64,000 nt of DNA from an uncultured Methanoregulaceae archaeon (GTDB lineage Archaea > Halobacteriota > Methanomicrobia > Methanomicrobiales > Methanospirillaceae): NCBI GenBank assembly GCA_963701095.1, contig OY969564.1:1856001-1920000 (forward strand), written 5' to 3'. The notes under the pieces are model-generated. The model saw only the letters and a list, made by a program, of their open reading frames with translations. It was not told where the DNA came from and did no database searches. The position numbers were made by a program, and so were the translations under genes. Positions 28,956 through 39,259 of the stretch are shown here, piece by piece (the first letter of the stretch is position 1; every line of letters begins with the position of its first letter).

Positions 28956-30271
28956 ATGAAGGTGGCGTTGATCAACTCCCGCGACGATCTTGCGGGATGC
29001 AATATCCGGCACCAAATCGAACAATGCCTATCCGAAGATCCCTCACACGCCCTGTGTGAGGAACGAAGTTATGATTTTTTTGAGGTCAGTGGTCGCCTTA
29101 TCCATGCAGCAGGCATTGATGCAGATATTGATGCCGATCTGGTTATCTTCCTGTCACGGCATTCCAGTGTAAATCCTGTGCCTGTGTTAACCGTTCATGC
29201 CACCGGGAATTTCGGTGCCGCGGAACTGGGCGGCAGCCCCCACTCGCTTGCCCCTGCAGCCCCCGCAATGATGCAGGCTACACTGCGAGCGTTATCCCAA
29301 CACTTCCCCCAAGGGTACCGGGTCTGGTACAAGGTCACACATCATGGTCCTACTGAATTGTATCATCCTTCATTTTTTGTCGAAATCGGAAGCACGGAAA
29401 AGGAGTGGGTTGATCCGGTTGCCGGAAGAGCAGTCGCCGAAGCTGTGCTGGATGCAACACCTTTGGATGCTATCCCGTTAATCGGTATCGGTGGGACACA
29501 TTATGCACCTCGGGAAACTGCCATAGCCCTTTCCACCCGGGTGCGTTTGGGCATATCGCCAGCTCCCTTCGCCAAGTCGCTTTACTTGACAAGGATATGG
29601 TGGAGGCAATGATAGTGCAGAGCGGGGCCATTGCTGCTTTCATCGACCGGAAAGCAGTATCCCGCCCTGATCTTGAACGGCTGACAACCATCCTCGATTC
29701 CCTGAATATCCCCCGGCTTTCTGAGCATGAGATCACTGCCCTTGACAATCTGTCCTGGGATACATACAATGCCATCCGAGACCTTGCGGGGGGCGTCTGT
29801 CCCGGCTCACGGTGTTTTGTCCACGGGCTGGATGGCAGCGGATCGCTCACAGTTATTTCCCCGGACCTGACGCTTTTTACTGAAGCGAAAAGATGTGACG
29901 AACCTGCTTTAATCAGTGGTCTTGGACATCTTTCCCTTGTCCACCTGACTGATGAAAACAATGTCCTGCTGCCGTATTTTATTGTTTTTTGTAAAGATTC
30001 TTCAGAATTAATAAATGCTTTAAATACATTGTGCGTGAAAATCATACGTAACAGGGAAAACACTGCGACGGAGAATGATTGTCTGGTTATCAGAAAGATC
30101 CGGTTCGACCCTGAAAAAGCGCGCAAACTGGGTGTGCCGGCTGGACCTGCATATCGTCAGCTCGCCACTGGTCAGGCTGTGGAACTTGATGGCAGGGTGA
30201 TATCGCCGGATCAGGTATCCGTCGTCAGTGAGACCCGGATCCACATCCCGGGATTGGAGAACTACTCATGA
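28956..30271 (+). CDS. dtdA: D-aminoacyl-tRNA deacylase (archaeal DTD2/GEK1 type) with C-terminal extension (split by a 1-nt deletion near 29540)
   Basis: FLSRH, LTVHATGN, THHGPT, FVEIGS, GGTHYAP; one G at CCCGGG 29536-29541 restores RGAFGHI and joins ORF 29597..30271. Confidence 0.88.
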
Positions 30272-31358
30272 GGTCGATTGTTGAAGAGGCACTTACAAAG
30301 GCGAGAGATGAGACTGCAACATCTTCGCAAAATAACGAGGATCTTGATCAGATCTTAAGCGAACTCAAAACCGAGATAACTGTTATCGGCTGCGGAGGTA
30401 GCGGTTCCAATACGGTTACGCGCATGATGGAAGAGGGGATTCATGGCGCAAAACTGATCGCTATCAATACAGATGCGCAGCATTTGATACGGACCCATGC
30501 CGACCAGCGTATGCTTATCGGCAGGCAGCGGACCCGGGGCTCGGTGCCGGCTCCATTCCGCAGATCGGCGAGGAAGCTGCGCTCGAGAACGAACAGGATA
30601 TACGTGCAGCCGTCTCCGGGTGCGATATGGTCTTTATCACTGTCGGCCTTGGTGGCGGTACCGGGACAGGCTCCGCTCCCGTCGTGGCTAAAGCTGCGAG
30701 GGAAGAAGGCGCGCTTACTATAGCGGTTGTCACCCTGCCGTTTGCCTCCGAGGGTGCAATCCGGATGGAGAACGCTGAAGCCGGTCTTGAACGCCTCCGG
30801 GATGTGGCAGATACGGTCATCGTTGTTCCCAATGATCGCCTGCTTGAGGTTGTTCCCAAGCTTCCCCTGGCTGCAGCATTCAAGGTTTCTGATGAAGTAC
30901 TCATGAGGGCAGTCAAGGGCATCACAGAGCTCATCACTATGCCCGGTCTTGTGAATCTTGACTTTGCCGATGTTCGCACGGTTATGGAACGCGGTGGCGT
31001 CGCCATGATTGGCATGGGAGAAAGTGACAGTGAGGATAAAGCTGCCGACTCAGTTAAAAAGGCAATCCGTTCACCACTTCTTGATGTGGACATCTCCGGA
31101 GCAACAGCAGCGCTTGTAAATGTAGTCGGAGGCCCGGACATGACAATGGCAGAAGCTGAGGGTGTAGTCCAGGAAGTCTATTCCCGTGTAGACCAAAATG
31201 CGCGGATCATCTGGGGTGCGCAGATCGATCCGACGATGTCGAATAAGATGCGAACGTTGCTGGTGGTCACGGGCGTACGGTCGCCACAAATATATGGTCG
31301 CAATGAGAAGCTTACCCCCAAAGTACAGAAACAGTATGAGATCGATTTTCTCAAGTGA
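30268..31358 (+). CDS. ftsZ: Cell division protein FtsZ (split by a 1-nt deletion near 30537)
   Basis: [11 protein letters not shown], restored [23 protein letters not shown]. Confidence 0.95.
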
Positions 31359-31364
31359 TCAGTT

Positions 31365-31571
31365 ATGGAAATTTCAAAACCTGATATAAAAGTCGACGTG
31401 CACGAGGAATTATTTCGCAAGTACTTCCGTGTCCTGAAACTCGCGCGCACACCAACCCGGGAAGAGTTCTCAAAAATCGCTACGGTAGCGGCGGCCGGGA
31501 TACTTCTCATAGGGTTGATTGGTTTTATCATCTACCTGTTCTTCGAACACAAGAAACTTCTAGGATTCTAA
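31365..31571 (+). CDS. secE: Protein translocase SecE/Sec61-gamma
   Basis: YFRVLKLARTPTREEF + TM; conserved ftsZ-secE-spt5 order. Confidence 0.92.
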   Translation: MEISKPDIKVDVHEELFRKYFRVLKLARTPTREEFSKIATVAAAGILLIGLIGFIIYLFFEHKKLLGF

Positions 31572-31583
31572 ACAGAGATTGTC

Positions 31584-32107
31584 ATGACACCGGAACCTAC
31601 GACTACCTCGCCGGCACCTTCGGTACCTTCTGCCCTGAGGTTTTCAAAAACCGGATCTTCGCGATTAAGACGACATCCAAGCAGGAGCGGACCGTTGCGG
31701 ACAATATTTTAAAGGCAATAGAGACAAAGGCGACCGATATAAAAGTCACCGCTATTATTGTCCCAAACGAACTTCAGGGCTATGTGCTCGTTGAGACGCC
31801 CGAGCAGCGAAACAGGATCGAACAACTTGTCGAGATGATTGCCCATGCCCGAGCGGTTGCAAAAGGACAGACGACGCTTGCAGAAGTCGGTCATTTCCTT
31901 ATACCTAAGCCGGTTGTCTCAGGTATTGATGAAGGAACTATCGTTGAACTTATTGCAGGACCATTCAAGGGTGAAAAAGCCGTGGTCAAGCGAGTTGACT
32001 CCGCTAAAGAAGAGATCACCGTGGAGTTGTATGAGAGTGTTGTCCCAATCCCGATTACAGTGCGGGGCGATAACGTAAGAGTCGTTGATAAGATCAGCGA
32101 CCGGTAA
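31584..32107 (+). CDS. spt5: Transcription elongation factor Spt5/NusG (split by a 1-nt deletion near 31634)
   Basis: IFAIKTTSKQE..GYVLVE (NGN) and VELIAGPFKGEKAVV (KOW); ATG 31584 is one base out of frame with the rest. Confidence 0.9.
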
Positions 32108-32108
32108 C

Positions 32109-32117
32109 TTTTTTTTT
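32109..32117 (+). terminator. Oligo-T terminator after spt5
   Basis: T9 run right after the stop codon. Confidence 0.55.
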
Positions 32118-32251
32118 CTTCACTGTTTGAAATTGCATGCCGGTAAATGTTCATCGTTGCCGGGATTATCATGCGCATCTTCCGACGCTTAAGGGAATCT
32201 GAATCTCGCCTTTCTATCGTTATTGCTTACAGGCTAAAGGAAACTTGATAA

Positions 32252-32292
32252 CTTATAACTCTCATATTACAAAATGTAATCTAAACATTACA
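32252..32292 (+). promoter_or_regulatory. TATA box plus palindromic operator ATTACA-N3-TGTAAT-N6-ATTACA
   Basis: CTTATAAC at 32252-32259; half-sites at 32266-71, 32275-80 and 32287-92. Confidence 0.55.
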
Positions 32293-32342
32293 AATATGGG
32301 CCCCACCCCTGATCGTAAACTCATCTTATGGAGGTTATTTCT

Positions 32343-32774
32343 ATGAAATTAACAAAGGCCACAATTATCTCGATCATAGTCGTTTCATTGGTCCTTGCAG
32401 GTGTTCTTATAGCAGGATGCACGCAGGACAATACCAGCGCAGCTCCTACGGGGAGCACCCCGTCTTCGGCTACCAGCGGTTCACCTGGCGGAATGAACAA
32501 CGGAAACGCGAGTTACGGGAACCACCCGAATTTTATGCAGAATTTGCTTAACAATGCTACGTTGCTCAACTCTGCAGCCAGCCAGTCTGGAGTATCTGAG
32601 GAAGATCTTCAGAATGCTCTTACACCGGCAAGCGGAAACCGCCCGAACTTTACTGCAGCGGCACAGCAGCTCAATGTTACACCGCAGCAACTGAGGACGG
32701 CTCTTGGGTTCCCCTCCGGGGGCTATCATGGGTATCGCAATACAACGATGGCGACACCCGGTTCAGGACAATAG
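32343..32774 (+). CDS. Putative lipoprotein with duplicated helical repeat
   Basis: GGAGGT SD, LIAGC lipobox, repeats AASQSGVSEEDLQNAL / AAQQLNVTPQQLRTAL. Confidence 0.75.
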   Translation: MKLTKATIISIIVVSLVLAGVLIAGCTQDNTSAAPTGSTPSSATSGSPGGMNNGNASYGNHPNFMQNLLNNATLLNSAASQSGVSEEDLQNALTPASGNRPNFTAAAQQLNVTPQQLRTALGFPSGGYHGYRNTTMATPGSGQ

Positions 32775-32868
32775 ATCTTTTTTTCACGGTCGTTACTGTT
32801 TTCGAAAATCAAGTCAATACCTTTATTATTGTTATCCTCTGATTCCCATCCTATAGGAGTAGTCGGAT

Positions 32869-33537
32869 ATGAAAGTCATTGGTGTGAACGCAAGCCCTAA
32901 AGGAAAGGACAGTAACACTCTCAAACTGGTAAACGCCGTCCTTGAAGGGGCAAAAGAAGAGGGTGCAGAGACAGAATACATCGATCTATACACATTGCGT
33001 ATCGAGTATTGTACTGCCTGCGGAACATGCTATGCAACTGGAGAGTGTACCCTTCTTGATGACTTTTCCGATATTTTTGACCGGATGATGAATGCAGAGG
33101 GAATAGTGCTTGGTGCCCCCAATTACATTGATTCTGTTCCGGCACCGATGAAAGCCCTGTTCGACCGCATGGCTGATGCCATCCATTGCCAGATGTTGAC
33201 TGGCAAATTCGGGTGTTCTGTGTGTACAGCGGGCGGAAGCGGAGAATCTGAGGTTGTGGGTTATATGAACAAAGTCCTTTCAACGCTCGGCGCAAACGTC
33301 GTTGGAAGTGTCGGTGTTGCAATTGGGAGGGATCCCACAGCGCTTGGAAAAGCTGAAGAAGGGGCTCGAATATTAGGTAAATCGCTTGTCCGATCGATCC
33401 GGGGGGAACTCGTGTATCCCGATCAGGATGAGGTTCACCGGCAAAAAAGGGAATATTTCTGCCAGCTGGTAAAGTACAACAAAGACAGGTTTGCCCACGA
33501 GTACGAGTGGTATGTTCAGATGGGCTGGATGAAGTAA
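32869..33537 (+). CDS. Iron-sulfur flavoprotein / flavodoxin family protein (paralog of 14101..14769)
   Basis: NASPK, CTACGTCYATGEC, GAPNY, MKALFDRMADAIH. Confidence 0.9.
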   Translation: MKVIGVNASPKGKDSNTLKLVNAVLEGAKEEGAETEYIDLYTLRIEYCTACGTCYATGECTLLDDFSDIFDRMMNAEGIVLGAPNYIDSVPAPMKALFDRMADAIHCQMLTGKFGCSVCTAGGSGESEVVGYMNKVLSTLGANVVGSVGVAIGRDPTALGKAEEGARILGKSLVRSIRGELVYPDQDEVHRQKREYFCQLVKYNKDRFAHEYEWYVQMGWMK

Positions 33538-33556
33538 ATCCCGGGTGGAAAAGGCA

Positions 33557-34396
33557 ATGAAAAGTATCACGGCCGAAAAACTCGGGCTTATATATGAACC
33601 TGTGGCCATCCTTTGGAGTAATACAAAACCCGAAGGAGCATTGCAAATAAAACCCCGCGGGCAGACCTGCATCATGCCTTTTTTTGCTCAGGTTGCAACG
33701 AAGGGAAAGACTGCTGTTTTCGACCGGGAAAGCTACGGCTGTCCGGGTGCCTGTGCGGGTCTTGGTTTTGGTAACGGATACTATGATGCCTTTGGTGGTG
33801 CCGGTGTAGATTTTATGTCAGCTTTTTTTGTGAAAGGTGCTCAGTCCAGCAAGGACCCGACTGCATATTGTGCGATCGTAAATCATATTCCCGAACGGGA
33901 GCGGGAGAAATTTATCCATGGCGAACGCCTCCACAAAGATACGGAAAAAGCGAAACGGTTCATGACCGCTGATCTGCCAATAACGGACATTGCCGAAAGA
34001 TATGTAATTTTCACACCTTTGGGAAAAGTTATGTCAGGAGAGCTGCCGGTAGTCGTTGTTTTTGTGGCAGATCCTCTTCAGATAACCGGTCTTGTAACGC
34101 TTGTCGGGGCTGTACGTGAAGGAACAGACCCCGTGAGGGTCCCTCCTATGGCTGCCTGTCAGCAAATTGGCGCATTTGCGTATGATGAAGCAAAAAAGGA
34201 ACATCCCCGGGCAGTCCTTGGATATACCGATCTTGCGGCACGGGCGAATGTTGGAAAAACCATTCCAGAAAACATGTTTACTTTTGCCGTCCCTTTCTCG
34301 CTTTTTCTTGAGATGGAACAAGAGGCAAAAGATGGCGTATTTGACGGCCCTATTTGGAAAGGACTCGAAGCGAAAAAGGAAGGAGCATCCTCATGA
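33557..34396 (+). CDS. DUF169-family protein
   Basis: EPVAI..TCIM..GCPGA..GLGF..AACQ..LGYTDLAAR..FAVP pattern. Confidence 0.72.
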   Translation: MKSITAEKLGLIYEPVAILWSNTKPEGALQIKPRGQTCIMPFFAQVATKGKTAVFDRESYGCPGACAGLGFGNGYYDAFGGAGVDFMSAFFVKGAQSSKDPTAYCAIVNHIPEREREKFIHGERLHKDTEKAKRFMTADLPITDIAERYVIFTPLGKVMSGELPVVVVFVADPLQITGLVTLVGAVREGTDPVRVPPMAACQQIGAFAYDEAKKEHPRAVLGYTDLAARANVGKTIPENMFTFAVPFSLFLEMEQEAKDGVFDGPIWKGLEAKKEGASS

Positions 34397-35163
34397 CGAC
34401 AGCAGATTTCAGGGAGATCGGATCGAAGCTGATATCTGCGTTCAGGCTTTCAACCCGTCCTTTGGCGGTTTACGGATCAGAAATCCTGCCTGCAGGCATC
34501 CCTCCGATGGCCGGGGTGAACCGATGTTTTGCAGTTTCCCTGTTTAGAATGGCTACGGGAAATGAAGTGTCGGGAATCTATGTGAGCGCCGATACAAGCG
34601 AGGGTTGCTGCCTCGGTGGGCTCTATCATGTGGGATATATCCCGGTCCCCGAAGATATCAAATATTTTGTCTCGACTGGAAAGAAGGATGTTCGTGGAGG
34701 AGCAGCAGAGTATTTGAAGGCGAGTCCGGATCTTGTCGAGCGTTGTACGATGGCGGCAGGGCCGATCCACCCTCCGGGAAAATACCTTGTTGTCCAGGCA
34801 TGCGACGCACTTCCTGATTCCCTACATGAGATAAATTCTATCTGTTGCTTTGGTAATGGTGAACAGATCCGGAATATGGCAGCACTCATTCATTTTGATC
34901 AAAGCGACCCGTTCTCACCGGTAATTGTTCCCTGGGGGTCATCCTGTTCAACATTTATAACATTCCCGGCGGGCCTCGCTGAAAATACACCCCCTGATAC
35001 GGCATTCATGGGGCCGCAGGATCCTACGCAGAACCATTCTCTTCCCCCGGATATGATGGTGCTCGGGATCCCAGCGGACATGGCTGTACGTATGATAAAT
35101 AATCTCGAAACGTCGTTCGTTACCCGGAGACCTATGGTGGCATTTCCCCGCCATGTAAAGTAG
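34393..35163 (+). CDS. DUF169-family protein
   Basis: RPLAV..RCFA..CCLGG..PWGSSCS..GPQDP..LGIP; ATGA overlap with the preceding paralog. Confidence 0.7.
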   Translation: MTTADFREIGSKLISAFRLSTRPLAVYGSEILPAGIPPMAGVNRCFAVSLFRMATGNEVSGIYVSADTSEGCCLGGLYHVGYIPVPEDIKYFVSTGKKDVRGGAAEYLKASPDLVERCTMAAGPIHPPGKYLVVQACDALPDSLHEINSICCFGNGEQIRNMAALIHFDQSDPFSPVIVPWGSSCSTFITFPAGLAENTPPDTAFMGPQDPTQNHSLPPDMMVLGIPADMAVRMINNLETSFVTRRPMVAFPRHVK

Positions 35164-35270
35164 TAACGCCGGTAGGCTATCTCCTTTCGGTGATTATCAT
35201 TCGATCAAAACTCAAGGTATCCCTAGCCCTCGTAAGACAAATTGAAGGGTTTCACTCTTTTTGAAATAGA

Positions 35271-35903
35271 TTAGCGCCGGTTAGTCAGCAGGTACACTAC
35301 ACAATGCGGGCCAGACCTGCTGGCGACTTGGATTGTTTTTAATTCACGAATACTAAAAAAAGGAGAGACCAGGTCTCTTATTTCTGATTCCGATGAGAAA
35401 TAAAGCGTTGTCCCAATACGGGTCGAACGGTATTTTCCGGTTCCGCCGAATTGGGGGTCGCTCTCGGCAAAGCAGACCGAAAAGTAGGTTGCTCCCGGTC
35501 GTGTGATCCGGTGCACATTTCTGATATAGGTTTCCCGGTCCTCCGGGAATATATGATGCAGAAATTCCCAGTCATACGCAAAGTCAAAAGTTTCGGTAAC
35601 TTCATACAGGTCACCGAGAAGATCCGCAACGATAAACCTACAGGTTGATCCTTTATGTTTTGCATGCTCTGTCGCGATCTTTATTGCGGTAGGAGAATTG
35701 TCAACACCGGTGACCTCGAACCCGAGGCCGGCTAAGTAGATCGCATAGTTGCCAGCACCGCACCCGAGGTCAATAGTTTTGCAGGGCTGAACAATACCGT
35801 TTTGAACAAGTCCGACAAGTGTATCTGGAGGCGTCTCGCTGTTCCAGGGAATACTCCCCAGAGGAAGCGTCTGGTAAATCCGATCAATGTTGTCGTATTT
35901 CAT
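35271..35903 (-). CDS. Class I SAM-dependent methyltransferase (TPMT/TehB-like)
   Basis: IPW, IDLGCGAG, VTGVD, FDFAYD..LHH, RPGA. Confidence 0.88.
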   Translation of the reverse strand: MKYDNIDRIYQTLPLGSIPWNSETPPDTLVGLVQNGIVQPCKTIDLGCGAGNYAIYLAGLGFEVTGVDNSPTAIKIATEHAKHKGSTCRFIVADLLGDLYEVTETFDFAYDWEFLHHIFPEDRETYIRNVHRITRPGATYFSVCFAESDPQFGGTGKYRSTRIGTTLYFSSESEIRDLVSPFFSIRELKTIQVASRSGPHCVVYLLTNRR

Positions 35904-35971
35904 GTATCCCTTTTCTTGGAATGATATGTTAGGAGAGGTTTCAATGTTTTCCTGCTCACAAGAACTGTAAA

Positions 35972-36014
35972 CATTATAGTCCTTTACGATCCACTTTGTA
36001 ACCTGTATTTTACA
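35972..36014 (+). promoter_or_regulatory. TATA box plus TGTAA-N8-TTACA operator upstream of the MFS gene
   Basis: CATTATAG at 35972-79; TGTAACCTGTATTTTACA at 35997-36014. Confidence 0.5.
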
Positions 36015-36057
36015 CGATCATCAAAACACCCGGAATGAACCGGGGCAGCATGATACC

Positions 36058-37832
36058 ATGAAAACAACCCCGATTCCAGAAACCGGAACAGTATCCGCTA
36101 AAAAAGGCATTGATTACAAGTGGATCGTTCTCTCAATCACAACCATCGAGATGTTTATGGTCTCGGTAAATGGAAGCATAACCCTTATCTCGCTTCCTGC
36201 GATATTCAATGGCATCAATATCGACCCGCTGAGTTCCTTTCAGTACCTTATCTGGGTGCTTATGGGATACAGTCTCGTCACTGCCACTCTGCTCCTTTCC
36301 TGCGGCCGGCTCTCGGACATGTATGGGAGGGTGAAGCTCTACAACATTGGTTTTGCTATTTTTACATTGGGATCCATCCTGCTTTTTCTTACTCCGGACA
36401 AAGGCAGCGCTGGCGCCCTTGAGATCATTGCGTTCCGTCTCGTCCAGGCCGTAGGGGCATCGTTTACTTTCTCCAATAGTGCTGCCATCCTTACCGATGC
36501 ATTCCCACCAGATGAACGGGGAAAGGCTCTTGGTCTTAACACCATCGCCTTTTTGTCAGGTCAGTTCGTAGGCCTGATCCTCGGCGGTATACTTGCCTTT
36601 TACAATTGGAGGTACGTATTTCTTGTCAGCGTCCCGGTAGGAATTCTTGGGACTATCTGGGCATACTTCAAACTCAAGGAAACGCCACTTCCCAAACGGG
36701 CACGGAAGATCGACATTTGGGGAAACATCACCTTTGTTGCAGGGCTTACGATTCTTCTTATCGGTATAACATATGCACTTCTTCCCTATGGCAATGCCTC
36801 TATGGGATGGGGAGATCCTTGGGTTATATCCGCTATAATAGGAGGAATTCTGCTCCTCGCCGCATTCCCCCTTATTGAGAGCAGAGTCGAGGATCCGATG
36901 TTCCGTCTGAACCTTTTTAAAATCAGGGTCTTCTCTCTTGCAAATACTGCAGGGTTCCTGAGCGCGCTTGCCCGCGGTGGCATGATGTTTATCCTGATTC
37001 TGATGCTGCAGGGCATCTGGCTGCCGCTTCATGGTTACAGCTATGAATCGACTCCATTCTGGGCCGGGATATTCATGCTGCCGCTCACCGCAGGTTTTGT
37101 TATTATGGGCCCCCTTTCCGGCTGGCTCTCTGACAAATATGGTTCCCGTTGGTTTGCCACGTCAGGGCTGCTTCTCATAGCTCTCTCGTTCATGATGCTT
37201 GCTGCACTGCCTTACAATTTCGAGTATCCGATTTTTGCCATCGCGCTTCTTGTAATGGGTATCGGCAATGGTATGTTCGGGTCACCTAATGTTGCAGCTA
37301 TCATGAACTCAGTCCCCCGGAAGACCGGGGCGTTGCATCAGGAATGCGATCTATGTTACAGAACAGCGGGATGGTTATTTCCATGGCCCTGTTTTTTACC
37401 ATCGTTATCGTGAGCTTAACCCAGCTCTTTCCACCAGAACTCGCTACATCCCTTACATCAGCAGGAGCCGCCGGTCTCATCGGTCCCATGAGTTCAATAC
37501 CCCCGACCGGGGCTTTGTTTGCAGCATTCCTTGGCTATAATCCGGTGCATACGATTCTTGTCACACTCCCCCAAACAGTTGTCGCAGCTATAAGCCCGGC
37601 AACTATTGCAACCCTGACCGGCACAACATGGTTCCCGACTACACTTGCGTATGCCTTTATGCCCTCGGTCCGGATCTCGTTTTATATCGGCGCCCTGCTC
37701 TCTGTTATCGCCGCAGCATTGTCCGCAATGACCGGGTCGCGGTTCGTTCACGAGATGCACATGAAACGTGAAGGAAAAACGGAAGAATCTCCGGAAATCG
37801 TGGAAGATACAAGTCTGGATATTACCGGATAA
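36058..37832 (+). CDS. MFS transporter, DHA2/EmrB-like (split by a 1-nt deletion near 37316)
   Basis: [32 protein letters not shown]; one C at 37314-18 restores [13 protein letters not shown] and joins ORF 37344..37832. Confidence 0.88.
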
Positions 37833-38050
37833 TCGATTGGTGCGCTCCCGAGCATAACTGGTTGCCGGAATCACTTGTGGTCGACCAGGTATCGTGGGAT
37901 GTTTTCCGGGGAATACGTTCCCGGAAAAAGGATAGGAAGATGATTCACAAATCCAGGATTAAGTCCCCGGTAAAACTGTGAAAATATTCCACCTACGATC
38001 ACCTTTATTTCCCATGACGTCAAATTTAACAGACCCAAGCTCGGAACCCG

Positions 38051-38058
38051 TTTATACG
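38051..38058 (+). promoter_or_regulatory. TATA box of rpl11 (probably leaderless mRNA)
   Basis: TTTATACG 29 nt before the ATG; no SD. Confidence 0.45.
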
Positions 38059-38079
38059 GGACGGCATGGTGCAAAGACT

Positions 38080-38556
38080 ATGGCAGAAGTGGTCGAGGTT
38101 TTAGTATCTGGCGGGAAGGCAACCGCAGGTCCGCCATTAGGACCCGCGCTCGGACCACTCGGTATCAACGTGAAGGCAGTAGTCGATGAGATCAACGCAA
38201 AGACCGCGACATTCAATGGAATGCAGGTCCCGGTCAAGGTCGAAGTCGACGACAAAAAGAAATTCACGGTCACGGTGGGTATCCCACCGACGACGGCTCT
38301 CATCAAGAAAGAGGCCAATATCGAGAAAGGATCCGCTGAGCCCAACGTCAAAGTGGCAGGAAACCTGCCATTCGAGGCCGCTGTCAGGATTGCCAAAATG
38401 AAACTCGAAGGCATGCTTTCCTACGAGCTTAAGACCGCTGTAAAAGAGGTCGTGGGCACGTGCGTAAGTATGGGAGTTACTGTTGATGGCAAGCGCCCCA
38501 AAGAAGTGCTCGCTGATATCGCAGCAGGCAAGTACGACAGCGTTCTTGTGAAATAA
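38080..38556 (+). CDS. rpl11: 50S ribosomal protein L11 (uL11)
   Basis: [31 protein letters not shown]. Confidence 0.96.
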   Translation: MAEVVEVLVSGGKATAGPPLGPALGPLGINVKAVVDEINAKTATFNGMQVPVKVEVDDKKKFTVTVGIPPTTALIKKEANIEKGSAEPNVKVAGNLPFEAAVRIAKMKLEGMLSYELKTAVKEVVGTCVSMGVTVDGKRPKEVLADIAAGKYDSVLVK

Positions 38557-38569
38557 CACAAGGAGAACA

Positions 38570-38608
38570 CCATAGGAGATCGAAGGGTTCGGTCGCAGAC
38601 TATGGAGG
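38570..38608 (+). promoter_or_regulatory. L1 autoregulatory leader (rRNA-mimic hairpin overlapping the SD)
   Basis: CCATAG-GA-GATCGAA-GGG-TTCGGTC-GCAGA-CTATGG then AGG; the 3' strand overlaps GGAGG before rpl1. Confidence 0.72.
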
Positions 38609-38614
38609 AATCTG

Positions 38615-39259
38615 ATGGTTGAAAGGGCCAAAATTCTGGAAGCCGTAAAAACGGCGATTGAAAAGGCGCCAAAACGGAAATTTTCCGAAAGCATCGATAT
38701 TACCATCAATCTCAAGAATATCGATATGGCGCAGCCGAAAAATCGTATCGATGAGACGATTCTTCTCCCGAACGGGACCGGCGAAAAGAACGGAATCTGT
38801 GTTATCGGGAAAGGAGACATCGTCACGCAGGCAAAGGATGCCAAGGTTGATCTGATCATCGGCCCTGAAGAGGTAGAACGGCTTGGAGGTGCTCCCCGTG
38901 AAGCACGGAGGGTCGCAAGTACCTACAAGTATTTCCTTGCCGAAACTGCGGTCATGCCGCAGGTCGGACGTTTCTTGGGCCCCCGGCTCGGTCCGCGAGG
39001 CAGGATGCCGATGCCGATTCCCGGGCAGACCGATATACGCCCGATTGTCGAACGTCTCCGGAACTCGGTGAAGATCCGTACCAAAGACAAGACGGTCTTC
39101 TCGACAAAGGTAGGGTCGACGGCAATGACGCCGGAGCAGGTCTCAGAGAATATCGATGCGGTCGTGAAGCGTATCGAATCTGTCCTCGAGCAGGGGCACC
39201 TGAATGTCCGCTCGATCTACGTCAAGACTACAATGGGTCCATCCGTGAGGCTGGTATAA
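38615..39259 (+). CDS. rpl1: 50S ribosomal protein L1 (uL1)
   Basis: KRKFSESIDI, LGPRLGPRGRMP, YVKTTMGP. Confidence 0.96.
   Translation: MVERAKILEAVKTAIEKAPKRKFSESIDITINLKNIDMAQPKNRIDETILLPNGTGEKNGICVIGKGDIVTQAKDAKVDLIIGPEEVERLGGAPREARRVASTYKYFLAETAVMPQVGRFLGPRLGPRGRMPMPIPGQTDIRPIVERLRNSVKIRTKDKTVFSTKVGSTAMTPEQVSENIDAVVKRIESVLEQGHLNVRSIYVKTTMGPSVRLV

Noticed and set aside
32275..32292. TyrR box
   Set aside because: The 18-bp spacing resembles bacterial TGTAAA-N6-TTTACA, but TyrR is a proteobacterial regulator; kept only as an unassigned operator.
37902..37928. Inverted repeat TTTTCCGGG..CCCGGAAAA as an IS/MITE end
   Set aside because: A single local hairpin with no partner or target-site duplication; more likely a terminator-type structure after the MFS gene.
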